A DNA stretch of 41,275 nt from Seison nebaliae (Eukaryota), in the NCBI GenBank assembly GCA_023231475.1, contig JALJEE010002539.1, positions 62,001 to 103,275 on the forward strand, given 5' to 3'. The notes under the pieces were generated by a model. The model ran no database searches. It was not told the DNA's origin and worked only from the letters and a program-made list of their open reading frames with translations. A program made the translations under genes and the position numbers. Shown here piece by piece: positions 1-12,345 of the stretch (its first letter is position 1; every line of letters begins with the position of its first letter).

Positions 1-1
1 A

Positions 2-283
2 AATCGTTTAACTGATGATAATCATGCGAGACGGACGTCATCGGAAACTCGTATCGTTTATCGTCAAACACAAAATACTAATTCCAATAAAACTAATCAT
101 ATCCAAATGAAAAATATCATAAAAATTTCCAAAAAGAATAGTAGCGGTAATATCAACAACAACAACAACAGCAACAATGATAATGGGATTGTCAGTAAAA
201 TAGCGGATTATATACCGGTAAATAATGATAGAGATGATGAGAGAAAATATTCGACTTGTATAAAAAAAATCGATCCAATTTGA
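2..283 (+). CDS. 3' end of an unknown CDS entering from the left edge (Asn-rich low-complexity tail)
   Basis: Frame from nt 2 is open to TGA at 281-283 (NRLTDDNHARRTSSETR...NINNNNNSNNDN...KKIDPI*). 93 stop-free codons are unlikely by chance at this AT content. No recognisable domain. Confidence 0.55.
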   Translation, partial: NRLTDDNHARRTSSETRIVYRQTQNTNSNKTNHIQMKNIIKISKKNSSGNINNNNNSNNDNGIVSKIADYIPVNNDRDDERKYSTCIKKIDPI

Positions 284-887
284 GGTGAGGAAAATAAACC
301 GTTTGGAGAATCATCATTCAATACATTCAATAAAAAATATCACAAATATCAGTATCATGAAAGTATTTCCTTATATTTAAGGAATATTCCTCTTCTTTCA
401 CTTGATTCATTCTCATCAATTTCGATATCATTCATTTTTCACTAATAATATTATCAATCTCAATTCAAATCATCAATTGACTTCTCTTCCAAACCGAATT
501 AATTTATTTATTCGTTTATTTAATTTTGGAGAATGTTCCGATGATTCTTGTTTGAATGAGTGTAAAGACTATCGAAATATCTTCTATTTTTCGTGTAACC
601 TTCGTATGTCCATGCCAAATGGAAAATTGGATTCCACGAAATTTGTTAGTCTTTCTGTTGTGCTTGTTGACTCGCTGTGGTCCAATTTTTCATTGTCATT
701 CTCCTCTGTTACACGAGAGAAGGAAAATCGTCGAACCAAAATGATCAAATTGATGGAATGTGAAAAAAAAGCGATGAAGAAACAATTGGAATTGATAAGA
801 ATTTATTAATTTAACGACAGAACTTCTGTATAAAAATTTCATTCATTTCGTTATTATTCAGAGAAATTTTAGATTGATTTTCTTCTG

Positions 888-914
888 CACACACACACAC
901 ACACACATACACAT
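888..914. repeat. (CA)n microsatellite
   Basis: cacacacacacacacacacatacacat read directly. Confidence 0.9.
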
Positions 915-1365
915 CATTTATGCACAATCTATTTGAGTAATGAAAACATTCTCTTCAATCTTATCTATTTTACGATTCTTCCTCCACAAATCTCATCCAT
1001 TGTTATTTTGGTAATTTCCGAGATTTTTTCATGAATATTGATAAATTCTAATTTATTCTGAAAAAAAAAAGAATTTTTTATTCGATCGATAAATTAGAGA
1101 GAATGGAAGGAATGGACAAGTAGTTAAATAAAAATAAAGTTAGAAGGATCTCCAAATGAAGATAATTGTCCTGATCTCTCCACCTCCTCGTAGTTTGATG
1201 TGGAGAGAGGAAGGTCATCAAACTGAGAAGAAGAACTGAAAGTTTTGATAGACACGTTTTATAGTTTTCATAAATGGGAAGCATAAATTTCGGATATTTA
1301 AGTGAAAGTCAATTAAATGTCCAACTCCATATTCTCTATCTTCACCATTCTTTCTTTAAAATATT

Positions 1366-2352
1366 ATGAAAAATTCAATAATAATTATTTTAATCTCAAT
1401 TTCGCTTATCTCCGTCCAATGTGGATTGTTGGACAAGATGAAGAATAAAGCGAAGAATAAAGCAAAGGAATTGGCCGACAAGAAGATCAAAGAACTCCTC
1501 AAAAAGAACGGAGTAACTGAAGACGATTTAGCTGACGAGATCTGTCCAAAAGATGGTGACGGTGGTGATGGGAAAGGTGGAAAGAAAGGAAAAAAAGGCA
1601 AAAAAGGTGACGAGAGTTCCGTCACTTCCGGTCCAGGTGAATTACGATATTTCTCCAAATTGAGAGTTAGTTTTTCTTAAAGACGTTTTCTCGTTGGCAA
1701 TTGTGAAAGGTTTGTGAGAAGATGCCCAAAGTGAAGAATGGTTATCGAATGGCTACACATCGAATCTTTTATAAAGACTCAGATACTGACGAATCAGTTT
1801 TCCGTTCTGGATCTTATGTCATTTTTGATTGTAATGCAAATTATACGATTAATGGTAAGTGACATTCTTTCTTTCTTTAATTCAAATTTTATTCATTTAT
1901 TCTTTTTCACACAAGGTCCCAATAAAGTCAGTTGTAATTATGAAGGTGAATGGAAGACGGCAGATGGAAACGATGCAGGAAAATGTAAGAAAAATAAAGA
2001 TAATAATAGTGGTGATATGTCAAATTTTGGTGATACGATTGGACAGATAAATAATGGAAAAGGCAAATATAAAATTATTTATAATTACAAAGGAAAAGAA
2101 TACGAAGGAAAAGGAACGGATTTGATGTCTGCATTCTCCGATCTCCAAAATCAAATGAAAAATGATGATAAGGAAAAAGATAAGAAGAAAGGAAATAAAG
2201 GAAAAAATGACGATTCATCCACTTCCACTTCCGCATCGACAACATCAAAATCAGGAGACAAATCAAGCACAACATCTGGTGAAGGTGACGGTGACGGTGA
2301 CGGTGATGATGAGACAACTGGAGCAACCGAATCAACAACAACGATGGCATAA
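1366..2352 (+). CDS. Secreted Sushi/CCP (SCR) domain protein, 3 exons, ~293 aa
   Basis: Exons 1366-1665, 1710-1854, 1916-2352; introns 1666-1709 (GTTAGT..AAG) and 1855-1915 (GTAAGT..AAG) keep frame. Signal peptide MKNSIIIILISISLISVQC. Splicing gives CEKMPKVKNGY...FRSGSYVIFDCNANYTINGPNKVSCNYEGEW...GKC, the 4-Cys + Trp Sushi pattern. Lys/Gly/Asp-rich linkers and a Ser/Thr-rich tail. Exon 2 is absent from the ORF track. Confidence 0.8.
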
Positions 2353-2483
2353 AATTTGAGAGATTCAGAAGAATTTGAACGCGGATATTTTTAGAATGAG
2401 ACAACGAACAGAATTTGTTGAATAAAATTTTTAATGAAAAAGAAAATTGATGAAAAAGAAAAATTTGAAAAAAAAAATTGTTT

Positions 2484-4057
2484 TTATTCACTTGGCCAGC
2501 AGACGTGTAGAAGTTCTTTGTAAATTTGTCCTTCAATTAATCTCTGTCCTCCGAACGACATTTGGAATAGATGGATATCCATCAATTCCGCTTCATAGTC
2601 ACGTAACAAAAATTTCGACGATTGATAAACGGCGAGCGGAATGTTTTTGATATTGCAATTCGCCATAACCGGTCGACGTCGACTGATTTTCATGATGGTG
2701 AGATGTGGAACAAATTCATAATAATTTCCGCACATTCGTACATGCTGATCGATGAGTTTGTCGTATAAATCATGTCGGAATTGAGTAAAGAGTGGAGGGA
2801 AGATACATTCGACATAAAGAACTTTCGAATAGAAAGTGTTCAATTCACCAAATTTCATATTAATCGGTTTACTGAATAATTCTTTATATTTCTCACTTCT
2901 ACTTAACTTCTCATATTCCTCGTTCATCAATTGAAGGACTTGTTCCATTTCATGATCTTCAATTCGGAGTGTAAACAAAGTAATATGAGCAGCTGATCTT
3001 GGAATGAAGAAATAGAGGAAATCCTTCGAACAATTCAATAGACATTCTTGAATTTTACTCAATTGTTCGTCCAACTCGAAACTTCGAGGTGTAACAGCTA
3101 GAAAATGAGTCGGCGCATCATTTTTATCATTATCATAACCACCGGTTTTCACTTTTTCATATTTCTCTCCTTTCTCCTCAGTCGAGATTACTGTTGTTGT
3201 TGTTGATTTTGTTGTCCTATTAACAGGAATATCGATTGTTCTTCCTGTTTTATTTAATCGTTGATGAATTCGATTAATCGTCTTATCGAGACTAGTGACA
3301 TTCTCACCAACGGAAGCGAAAACATTATCTAATCTCAGTCGTTTATCCCAAATTTTCTCATCATAATATTTGAAATATTCGATGCGATGACGAGGTATTG
3401 CTAAGTCCCATTTCTCACATGACGCTATGTCTCCCCAATCGAACTCCCTAAACTTCTTTTCCACAATCCCAATAAATCGATCTACATATCCTACACTCAC
3501 TTCATTCAAATCGAAACCTAATTCCTGATTCCACATCAATCGTTGAATAACATCTTCCGATGTTCTCATCTTCTTCTTCCCAACTACTATATCATCATCA
3601 ATCGTTTCTTGATCGATCTCTTCACTTTTTCTTATCACTTCTCCTGATTCTTTTCTCAACACATCATTTAATAATTTTCCTAATTGGATTAATGGGCAAT
3701 GTTGTGATGTTGATTGTTGATGATTATTTTTCGTCAATTCCATCAATTCCCGTTCACACTTACCACATAACTTCTTCGCCTCATTCTCCTTCATTCCTTT
3801 CATAGTGAGAGAGATTGTGGGAATTCGGTATTCTTCTACAAACAAAACGTTTAAAATTTTTTCAAAAATCAGAAAATCAGTCAACTGTTCGATTCGATGA
3901 CAATTTCTCGATTTCCATTTATTATTCGGAATTTGTCTGTTCCATTCTTCTCCGTCGAATGCTCGATACGATCATCTTCATAAATATGTTTCAATCGTCG
4001 AACAATCGATGAAGCCCAAGTCGTCTTTCTATTCGTTTTTCCTGATTTTTCCGTCAT
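2484..4057 (-). CDS. LENG9: LENG9-like protein: DUF504/MJ1316-type domain plus AKAP7-type 2H phosphoesterase
   Basis: Exons 4057-3886 and 3835-2484; 50-nt intron 3836-3885 (GTTGAC..TAG). MRTSEDVIQRLMW...VGYVDRFIG...DLAIPRHRIEYFKY...IWDKRLRLDNVF is the DUF504 signature. THFLAV, HITL and PHLTI give the two HxT motifs of a 2H phosphoesterase. Confidence 0.8.
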
Positions 4058-5644
4058 TCTCTTAAATAACACCAATTTGAAATGTTCAGATCGACTCTCC
4101 TATACCTTCACCTTCCTTCCTCTCCTATATATACGTATACAAGGACAATTGAGTATTTCTTTCAAAATTTTTCCTTGCGCAACAATGAAATGTTGGGAAA
4201 CTTTTCTCTTTACATATCGAAAGAAAATGTGATGAACGAAACCAAATTAGTTTTTCTTCCCACCAGAAAACAATACTACTAACATCCTAGTAAATACTAT
4301 CCACCGGAGCTAAAAAGTAAATTGTATAAATTAGTTTCTAATTTTCGTTATTAACAAGCTTAAACAATTTTCTCTCTTAAATTATTATTATTATTTATTA
4401 TTAAAATTCCCGCCGAGAAAAAAAAATTTTTATCGTTTCCGACATCAATTAAGCGTTGTAACTCCGTAAGAGATACTAGATCAATTGACAGAGATGATAT
4501 CGGGTCGTATGACGAAATGAATTGTTTAAAGTCAGCGAGATAATCCATAATAGCGGATAGTATGAGAAAAGATGGAGTTGGAATGAAAGTAATATGTGTT
4601 CGAAATATATGATGACTGGAATTCGGTATCGGAAGTTTTCCCGAAAAAAAGAGGACTAGACGACAAAAGAGAATTGGAAATAGAAGTAGACCAACACTTG
4701 CGAAAAGTAACGAACGATTACATCTATGGAAACAGCAAACTATCCTCCTAATGAGCCGATTGTACGCCCGATCCATTGACAGAAAATAATTATTTGAACA
4801 TTTAAATAAATGACATTAATTTTTCAATACCACAAACGATATTTTTGTCGCGGCCAATTCGACACTCTATTCGGACGTTAAACTATACATTAATTAATCA
4901 GTCTGGTACTTTATTTATAATTGTCATTCAAGGGCAGTTTCGTCATATTTTCATCTTCAGATTAATTTACCATCGAACATTTGAATGAGTATTTTGTTAG
5001 TATAGATATGGAAGAAAATTAAGAAAATAAACATCTCATGCTAGGGTTTCTCGTAAGGAGATGTTGTTTTGTGACTTTCAATGGCATAAAATGAATTTAT
5101 TGTAAAATAAAATGTCCATGTTCCATATTGTCCTAAATCATCAAAGAGATATATTAAGCTGAAAATTTAAATGATCTTTATATTAATTTTGCTCCAAATT
5201 TTCTTCGAAATAAAATTTCTTTTCCATTTCCATCCATGTTCATGATACGTGGACATCAAGTGCGCGAATTTCTCGTTAAAAATTCATTATAGGTACAAAC
5301 GTTTTTGGAAATATGCAATTGGTGAGCGTGTTTCAAGTCTATTGCCCTTAACAGGTTCGCAAGCTCTGGATCTTTTCCTCTTGTTGTGCCTGTTGAGGAG
5401 ATCTTCTCTATCATTTGGGGTGATATGAGAAGATCGATAGTCTTGTGGAAGATTCAAAAGGGAAATGAGAGAAGTCATGTTTCTCTCATTTCCCCGTTTC
5501 ACCAGGAGACGCAATTTCCATCAAGTGGAAGTAAATGTGCTTTATCTGCACATAACATGATCCCACGACGGAGCAGATTATGCACATTTAGCTACTAAAT
5601 TATCATGGAAAAACTGATATATGACGTGGAATTCAAAAATTATT

Positions 5645-5990
5645 ATTGTAATATCCCAGAATACAATGTTATTTTGGTAACATCATGGAATACATTGAGA
5701 TTCTGATAATATCATGGAATATTTTTGGATTTGAGTTATTTTAAGGTATATGTTTGGGATTCTGGTTATTTTATGGAATAATTTGGGATTCTAGTTATTT
5801 TATGGAATATGTTTGGGTTCTGATAATATCATATGTGATTATAGTAATATCATGGAACATAATGGGATTCTGATAATATCATGGAATATAATGGTGGATA
5901 ATTAAAATAATTTCGTAGAATATATTTGGATTCTAGTTGTTTAATGGAATAAAATGGGATTCTAGTTATTTTGTTGAAAACGTTTGGATA
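5645..5990. repeat. Degenerate non-coding minisatellite, ~29-30 bp unit
   Basis: Recurring GGGATTCT(A/G)GTTATTTTATGGAATA and ATTCTGATAATATCATGGAA units, roughly 11-12 copies; boundaries approximate. Confidence 0.8.
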
Positions 5991-6321
5991 TTCGAATGAT
6001 GTTTACTTATAATTGTAAATTTGAATTTTGATCTTGAATAAATTTTACTTTTATATTTTCATCTTAAATTTCGATTCAGAAACAATTTTAAAATTAAAAA
6101 TCGTTTAAAATATTAAAAATTAAAATCAGAGTATCAATCTCTTCAAATGGACATGAGCTAAACTTTCAAATTCTGGCCATTTTTTGGAAAGATCCGTAAT
6201 AATTTATTTAGATGAAATTTGGGAATTTGAATGTTGTTTCGCTGGTAACGACGAGAATTTAAATGGAAAATATTCATAAAACAATATAACTGAAACTGAG
6301 TTGTCAGATTGTTTCATAAAT

Positions 6322-8919
6322 ATGTCGCACGATGCATATAGTGCGCAATGGCATCAAGCGCAGCAGCAGGTGGTGGAGTTGTTGCAAGTGGAACTACCTC
6401 CAGTGGATCCACCACCCGAATTTGATCGAAATGCTGTTATGCACATGTTAGGTACGAGATTCATCAAATACATCAGAATCTTTAGTAAGTTAGAGGAATC
6501 TTATGATCAGATTGTTCATCCGCAGAAACGTCGTGTCATTCGACATGTGTTAGATGGAGTGATGGGAAGAATATTGGAACTGAAACATGAGATGTTGAAT
6601 TTCGAACTATCTGAATATCATTATTTTGATGATATATTATCCGTCTTAAAATTAACTCCGGATGATGTGAAAATACCAGTTCCGAAATATTTCGTTCTTG
6701 AACGACAGAAACCGTTAAAAGAGCGAGAAAAATTATTGGCTCAAGTTTTAGCGAAACTTCAATTGGATGAGATGCAAGAGGAGGCTGAAGCCGTCATGTC
6801 GACAGAAGACGCCGTACAATTAATTCAACGACATGAACGAGCTAGACAAGGTCGATTGAGAGCTCAATTCATGAGAGAACTGAAAATGCAAGAAGAACGA
6901 GAAAGGAAACATGGACAAGCGAAGAAGATGGGAAAGAATGAAGCGGCCCTCATGATTCAGAAAGTTTTCAAAAAATACTTAGTTTGCCAACGAGTAAGAA
7001 AATGGAGACATGAAGAAGCCGTTTTCCTTCAAATGGAATTACCTAGTGATTCACAGAGTTCCGTCTTCTTTGAAACGAAGAACTTGTTAGAAGAACGAGC
7101 AGAAGATCGACGAATAGTTCGAGAGAAACATGAAGGAGCATATCGTCAAGCTCTTTTGAATATTAAAGAGAAAATTCGTGAACAAGAAGGATTTAGTATC
7201 CGCGAACGATTAGAAGATCAAATTCGACAATGGTTCATCGAATGTCGTGATGCGACTGGTCGATTTCCTGATTATCCGGATGATAGTGAAGGCGGTTCAG
7301 AATTGTTGTTTAAGAAGAAAGATCCAGCAGAATTGCAAGCTGATTTGGATGATTTAGATAATAAGAAAGATAAGAAAGGAAAGAAACCGGAAAAGAAGGA
7401 AGTGAAGAAAGATAAAAAGAAAGATAAGAAAAAAGTGGATGAAGGATTTATGTTGAAGAAGTCGGATTTCCTTCCAACCGTCAACGACGGTTCGATAGAA
7501 TATAAGGACGTATGGTATGGAAGAAGTGAAGAAATGAATTTCCGTCAGGAACATGACGCACAATTGATCTACGAAGAAAAGAGAAAAGAGATTGAAGAAG
7601 AAATCCGTTTACAAGTCGACGAATTGATGAGAGAAGAACTCACAAATTTGAAATGGGCAATTGATCGAGATAAAAGTTTCATTTTACCTTCTATTTATTA
7701 AGATTTATTTTGGTGAAAGGTAAAAGAAAAAAAAAGAAGAAGAAAAAGAAGAAGAAAGGTCGGAAGAAGAAAAAGGAAAAAGATTTGACACCAGATCGAC
7801 CAATTGAGAGTCTCTATGAAGAAATGATTGAACAGAAAATCATAAAAAAACCGGACCCTGTCACTTTAACGGATTATATTGGCGATTTCTCTTATCTCGG
7901 CACGAGTCTACGTCAAGTCAACATAGAACCAATGCCGTCGTTGTGGGATGTGAAAAATCTGGTTACCTTATACGGAATTTTACCATTAGGTTCGTCTTGC
8001 AACTATTTTGAAAATTCGAACCGATTTCGTTTCAGGAAGTGAAGAAATTCATAAGAAAGCTCCGTTGGTTAAATCGATTTTATTGGCCGGACCACATGGT
8101 ACGGGGAAGAAAATGTTAGTGCACGCAATGTGCAATGAATTGGGCGCAAATCTTTTCGAATTGTCACCGGAAAATATATTTGATAAATATCCGGGGAAAG
8201 ATGGATTGAAAATGTTGATGCATCTTGTATCGAAGGTGGGACGTAATCTTCAACCAACCGTCATATTGATAAATAACTGCGATAAAATTTTCATGAAAAA
8301 AGTACCGAAAACAGATAAAACTGATCCGAAGCGATTGAAGAAAGTTCTCCCGAAATTCCTCAAAACTATTAAAGGTGATGATCGTTTGGTAGTTGTTGGT
8401 ACAACGTCCACTCCATATAATGCACAAGTAAAACCGTTGTGCAAAGCGTTCGAACGGGCCATATTAATACCACGACCAGACTATGCTTCTCGCTACAGTT
8501 CTCCATTTATTATTTATGATTCAATTTCTGATTTTTTAGAATTATGGAACGAATTAATAAAGAACCATGGTGGTGTTGTTGGAGACAAATTAGATTTAAG
8601 TTCATTAGCGAAAATTAGTGATGGTTATACGCCGGGTCAGATGATCACTGCAATTGAGGAAGTACTTACGGAGAGAAGATTGGAGAAGATGAAGAAAGAA
8701 GAATTGGAAGGAAAAGAATTCATTCCACCACTCTCAAAAATGGACCCGGTTTATGCCAACGAAGAGGAGGCTCTACGAGTTAAACTTTGTTCTATTTCGA
8801 CACAATTTATAATTCACTTCTAATAGAAATGGTTTGGTAAAACTCCGTTGGGCAAGAAAAGAGAACGAGCTGCGAATGCTCAACTGTCAGATAAGAAAAC
8901 GAAGAAAGCGAAGAGATAA
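6322..8919 (+). CDS. IQCA1: IQ and AAA domain-containing protein 1 (dynein regulatory complex DRC11), 5 exons
   Basis: Exons 6322-7675, 7720-7989, 8036-8497, 8540-8778, 8827-8919; introns 44, 46, 42 and 48 nt. Motifs [30 protein letters not shown] motif (ALMIQKVFK), KDLTPDR, Walker A GPHGTGKK and terminal [10 protein letters not shown]. Confidence 0.93.
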
Positions 8920-9295
8920 GGAAAAGAATTATTAAGGAAAAATTTTCGTCTGAAACTTTCATTTATAAACTCTTTAAAAAAAAATTAATTATTCCATTTT
9001 TATTTATTATTCTTATTATCTTTAAAATCGTTTTTGGATAAAAATATGAGAGAGATATTTTCAAGAAAAACTAATAATTTTCTATTAGAATATCTCAACA
9101 GTTCTAAATGTGTCTTCTAAATGTGAGTGATTAGAATTAGAATTTTTCATTTTAAAATTATCGTTAGCATTTATCGGGTAAGAAATGTGAAGTTAAATGA
9201 AAGGTTTGAATGAAATGAGGAAAGAGTAAGGAGAAATGATAAATATTTAAAGGATTCCGAAATTTCTTTCCTCGATGAGTTTATATTTGAGAAAT

Positions 9296-10264
9296 TCAAT
9301 CAGATTTGTCTATGAATAATTTCGCTTTCGCTTTGAAATCTTCTTTTCGTTGACGTCGTTCACGTTCCTTCTCCTTCTTCTCTAATTGTTCAGCTTTGAT
9401 CTCCGCCTCAAATCGATTGGCCTCGACCTGTTTGTTAACCTGAAATTTGGAGGAAATATGAGATTGGTGAGGGAAATGTGGAAAAATGACTTTGGCTTCA
9501 AAGAAATTTTTTGCGCCATTCACTCCTTCCTGTGTAACGTCGATACAAAAGATGTGGTTGTAAAGTTCAGTGAACCCAGAATTCTGTCCCGCTTCGCCTT
9601 GTTGTGCTTTGTGGAAAATGAGAAGAAATTCCCGAAAATTGATTTTGTCGTCTCCATCCTCATCAACGTCCTTCATCATTCGTTTGAGGCTGATATGAGT
9701 CTGGGGACAATTCATCTTTTCCATCAATGTTTTCAGTTCATGGAGAGATAGAGCTTTGTCGCCGTCCAGATCATATTCTTTGAATGTAGCTTCCAGTTCA
9801 CTAATTTGTTTGCGGGTGAACGTCTTGAATTCTGAGTATGGATTGAACACTCGATAGGTGGGCAAATCTACAATTGTATTATTAGGAGCGATTGACGAAT
9901 CATCATCACTTGGTGATGTCGACGGTGAGATAATACCAGAAGACGATACGACACCTGACGTTATGTCAGTTCCACCGTTTTCGGTGGTTGATGATGAGGA
10001 AGACGAGGAATTGTAAATACGATTATGATCATTCGATGACGTAATTGATATTCCACTCATTCTCGATATGACAACTGGTTTATTTTTCTCTTCTTTATTA
10101 TTCTCATCCAATTTCTCATTTATCCATTCATTATGATCATTATTCTTATTATCATCATTATTCGTTTTATTATTAATATTATTAGAATTATTAGAATTAT
10201 TAGAATTATTAGAATTCGTATCAAAATCATTCAATTGACAATCACTCGTCCTCAACATTATCAG

Positions 10265-10315
<51 letters not shown>

Positions 10316-11111
10316 TACATTTGCAGGGAGATTTGACGATTTGAGTTGATGGACAAAAGGAAATTTGGATTTCATATTCGATATTGCCGTCGTTGTAGTT
10401 CCAGTTGTGGAATTTTTTGTTACTGATATGGCAATAGTTGTGGGATTGGAAGAAAATGAATGAGAAATTAACGAACTTGTCCCGTTTTCAGTATCGTTCT
10501 CCTTATCACATTCCGATCGTAATAATCGATATCGTAACAATTTCGCCAATTCTTCCGTCGGTTGACAACTGCTGATGTCTTCAGCTTTCTCTTCTAGCTT
10601 GACGGGACGTTTTCGGTTCTGAAGGAACATATTCGTCGTGTCTGGTGCGAATAACGATTTCGTATTCACCAATTCAGAATCGGATGATTCGTCTATCAAT
10701 GGCGTTGATGGTCGTTCGTTATTGGACGTACTATTCTTCGCATTCAATGTCGTAGTCGATTGAAGTAGTGTGGTGGATCGTTTCGAATGTTGCTGTTTAG
10801 TCGCTACTGAAATAAAAAGGAAAATAAGAAAATGAAAAGCAATATTGAAATTGAGTTTCGATTCAACTTTCCTTATTATACGAGACAATTGTTACAATGT
10901 CGGAAAATGAAAAATATTGTTCGAACATCTAAATTATTATAAGGAATGACATTTCGAAATTATCCTTTCAAACAACTTATATGGATTGATGGAGATATTT
11001 CCGAGCTTTAATCGAAAAGGAAACGTTCAAATTTCGATCATATTTTATTTATCAATCGTTTACTATTAATTTAACTGACTTACCATCTCTAACTGATTTT
11101 ACGAACGTCAT
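9296..11111 (-). CDS. EFHD2: EF-hand domain protein D (swiprosin/EFHD1/2 family) with long low-complexity N-terminus
   Basis: C-terminal FNPYSEF..FTRKQI, two EF hands (DLDGDKALSLHE, DEDGDDKINFRE), IDVTQEGVNGAKNFFEAK and a coiled coil. 51-nt intron at 9440-9490. Putative first exon 11111-11084 (MTFVKSVRD) joined by a 277-nt GTAAGT..CAG intron at 10807-11083. The first exon is less certain than the family call. Confidence 0.88.
10265..10315. repeat. (ATT)17 trinucleotide repeat encoding poly-Asn in the EFHD gene
   Basis: Perfect att run read directly; AAT codons on the minus strand. Confidence 0.9.
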
Positions 11112-11895
11112 TTATGAGGATAATGTTGGAGGAGAAGAAGAAGAAAAGAAGAATAATATGTCATCCACTTGTCATTGTTCGATGTCAATCAACTTTTCTT
11201 TTCATTTCAAACCTTAATCAATTTATGAAAAGGAAAAAAACTAATCATAAATAAACAATGGAATGAGATTCAATTAAACTTCTTAATCGATTTCCTTCCA
11301 CCACCCCAATTTTTCACATTCGAACGGGAAAACGGAGTGCAACTGAACGTCTCTCTGTCTCTCTTATCTCTCCCGAAAAAGACGTTGAGTAGAGAAAAGA
11401 AATTTCCTTTTCCAACAACAACATTTAGACAACAAATTTCATTCTTTCCCTCTTTCCTTTCCTGATTTGATGGCACAGATCTATCTCCCTTCCATTTCGT
11501 GGAAGACAACGACAATCATGTTTCAATTCAATTTCCAATCTGTCCACCGCCACCACATCACGAGAAGATGAGAGGTTTTCTTTTTTGTCAAAGGAAAGAT
11601 ATTTAGGAGAAAGAAATGAACGACGTGAAAAACGAGAGACTTATCAGCAAGAACAAGTCATAACGAAGAGATTGAGAAGACAAAGGTGAATAGTTCATTC
11701 ACTTTCCCATTCAATAAAATTCAACTATTCTACAAATAATTTTCTTTATCGACAATTCATCTCATTTAACAACTGATCGACTTATATTCATACGATTATT
11801 CTTTCAATTCCACTGGAAATGAATATGGAATGCGACGGATTCATTCAATCAAACCGAATTGATTGATTGATATGTTATTAATCGATATCAATTCT

Positions 11896-12345
11896 CTAAT
11901 AGTGAGGAGAAAAAAAAGTGAAACCTTTGTTGCTGTTGGAGGAGGGAGAGGAAGGTTGAGAAGGAGGTACTTTGAATATTATCTTCCGTTTGTCATTGAT
12001 TTGATTCTGAACGAACTTCGACTTAGCAACATTGAAAGAAGGCGATTGGAGATTCTGATCAGACACCTGTCGATATTGATTATGATATTTACGATAACAA
12101 GAATTATAATTGACTTGGGCGGAGACGGGAGTGGAGGATTGTTTCGTCAGTTTCCTTTCGCTGTTGCTCGATAAATTAGTTTGACTCCTCTTCGTCTGAA
12201 GTTTCTGTAAACGCTCTTCTTCCAATTGGAGGCATTGCTGAATGTGTTTGTCCCGTTCGGCCTCTTTTTCCGCTTGATTTATTTTTTCTCGTCGCTCTTC
12301 TAACAATGTTGAAAGTCGTTCGTCTTTGTTATTGATGTTCATCAT
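11896..12345 (-). CDS. Hypothetical coiled-coil protein, or an upstream exon of a neighbouring gene
   Basis: 149-codon ATG ORF with a charged helical segment (LSTLLEERREKINQAEKEAERDKHIQQCLQLEEERLQKLQ) and a Ser/Pro-rich tail. No family recognised. Confidence 0.45.
   Translation of the reverse strand: MMNINNKDERLSTLLEERREKINQAEKEAERDKHIQQCLQLEEERLQKLQTKRSQTNLSSNSERKLTKQSSTPVSAQVNYNSCYRKYHNQYRQVSDQNLQSPSFNVAKSKFVQNQINDKRKIIFKVPPSQPSSPSSNSNKGFTFFSPHY

Noticed and set aside
402..809. Plus-strand ORFs 402-809 and 556-744, and a possible minus-strand exon (EENDNEKLDHSES...DIRRLHEK*)
   Set aside because: No recognisable domain and no convincing partner exon; cannot be supported.
4360..4776. 138-aa ATG ORF on the minus strand
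   Set aside because: No family motif and an implausible low-complexity end; may be chance or a relic.
5645..5990. CRISPR-like appearance of ~30-bp repeats (also 27400-28455)
   Set aside because: Units are contiguous with no unique spacers, there are no cas genes, and the DNA is eukaryotic.
7676..8035. Programmed frameshifting or stop-codon reassignment to explain the split IQCA1, ABCF1 and caveolin ORFs
   Set aside because: Every break is resolved by a short GT..AG intron under the standard genetic code.
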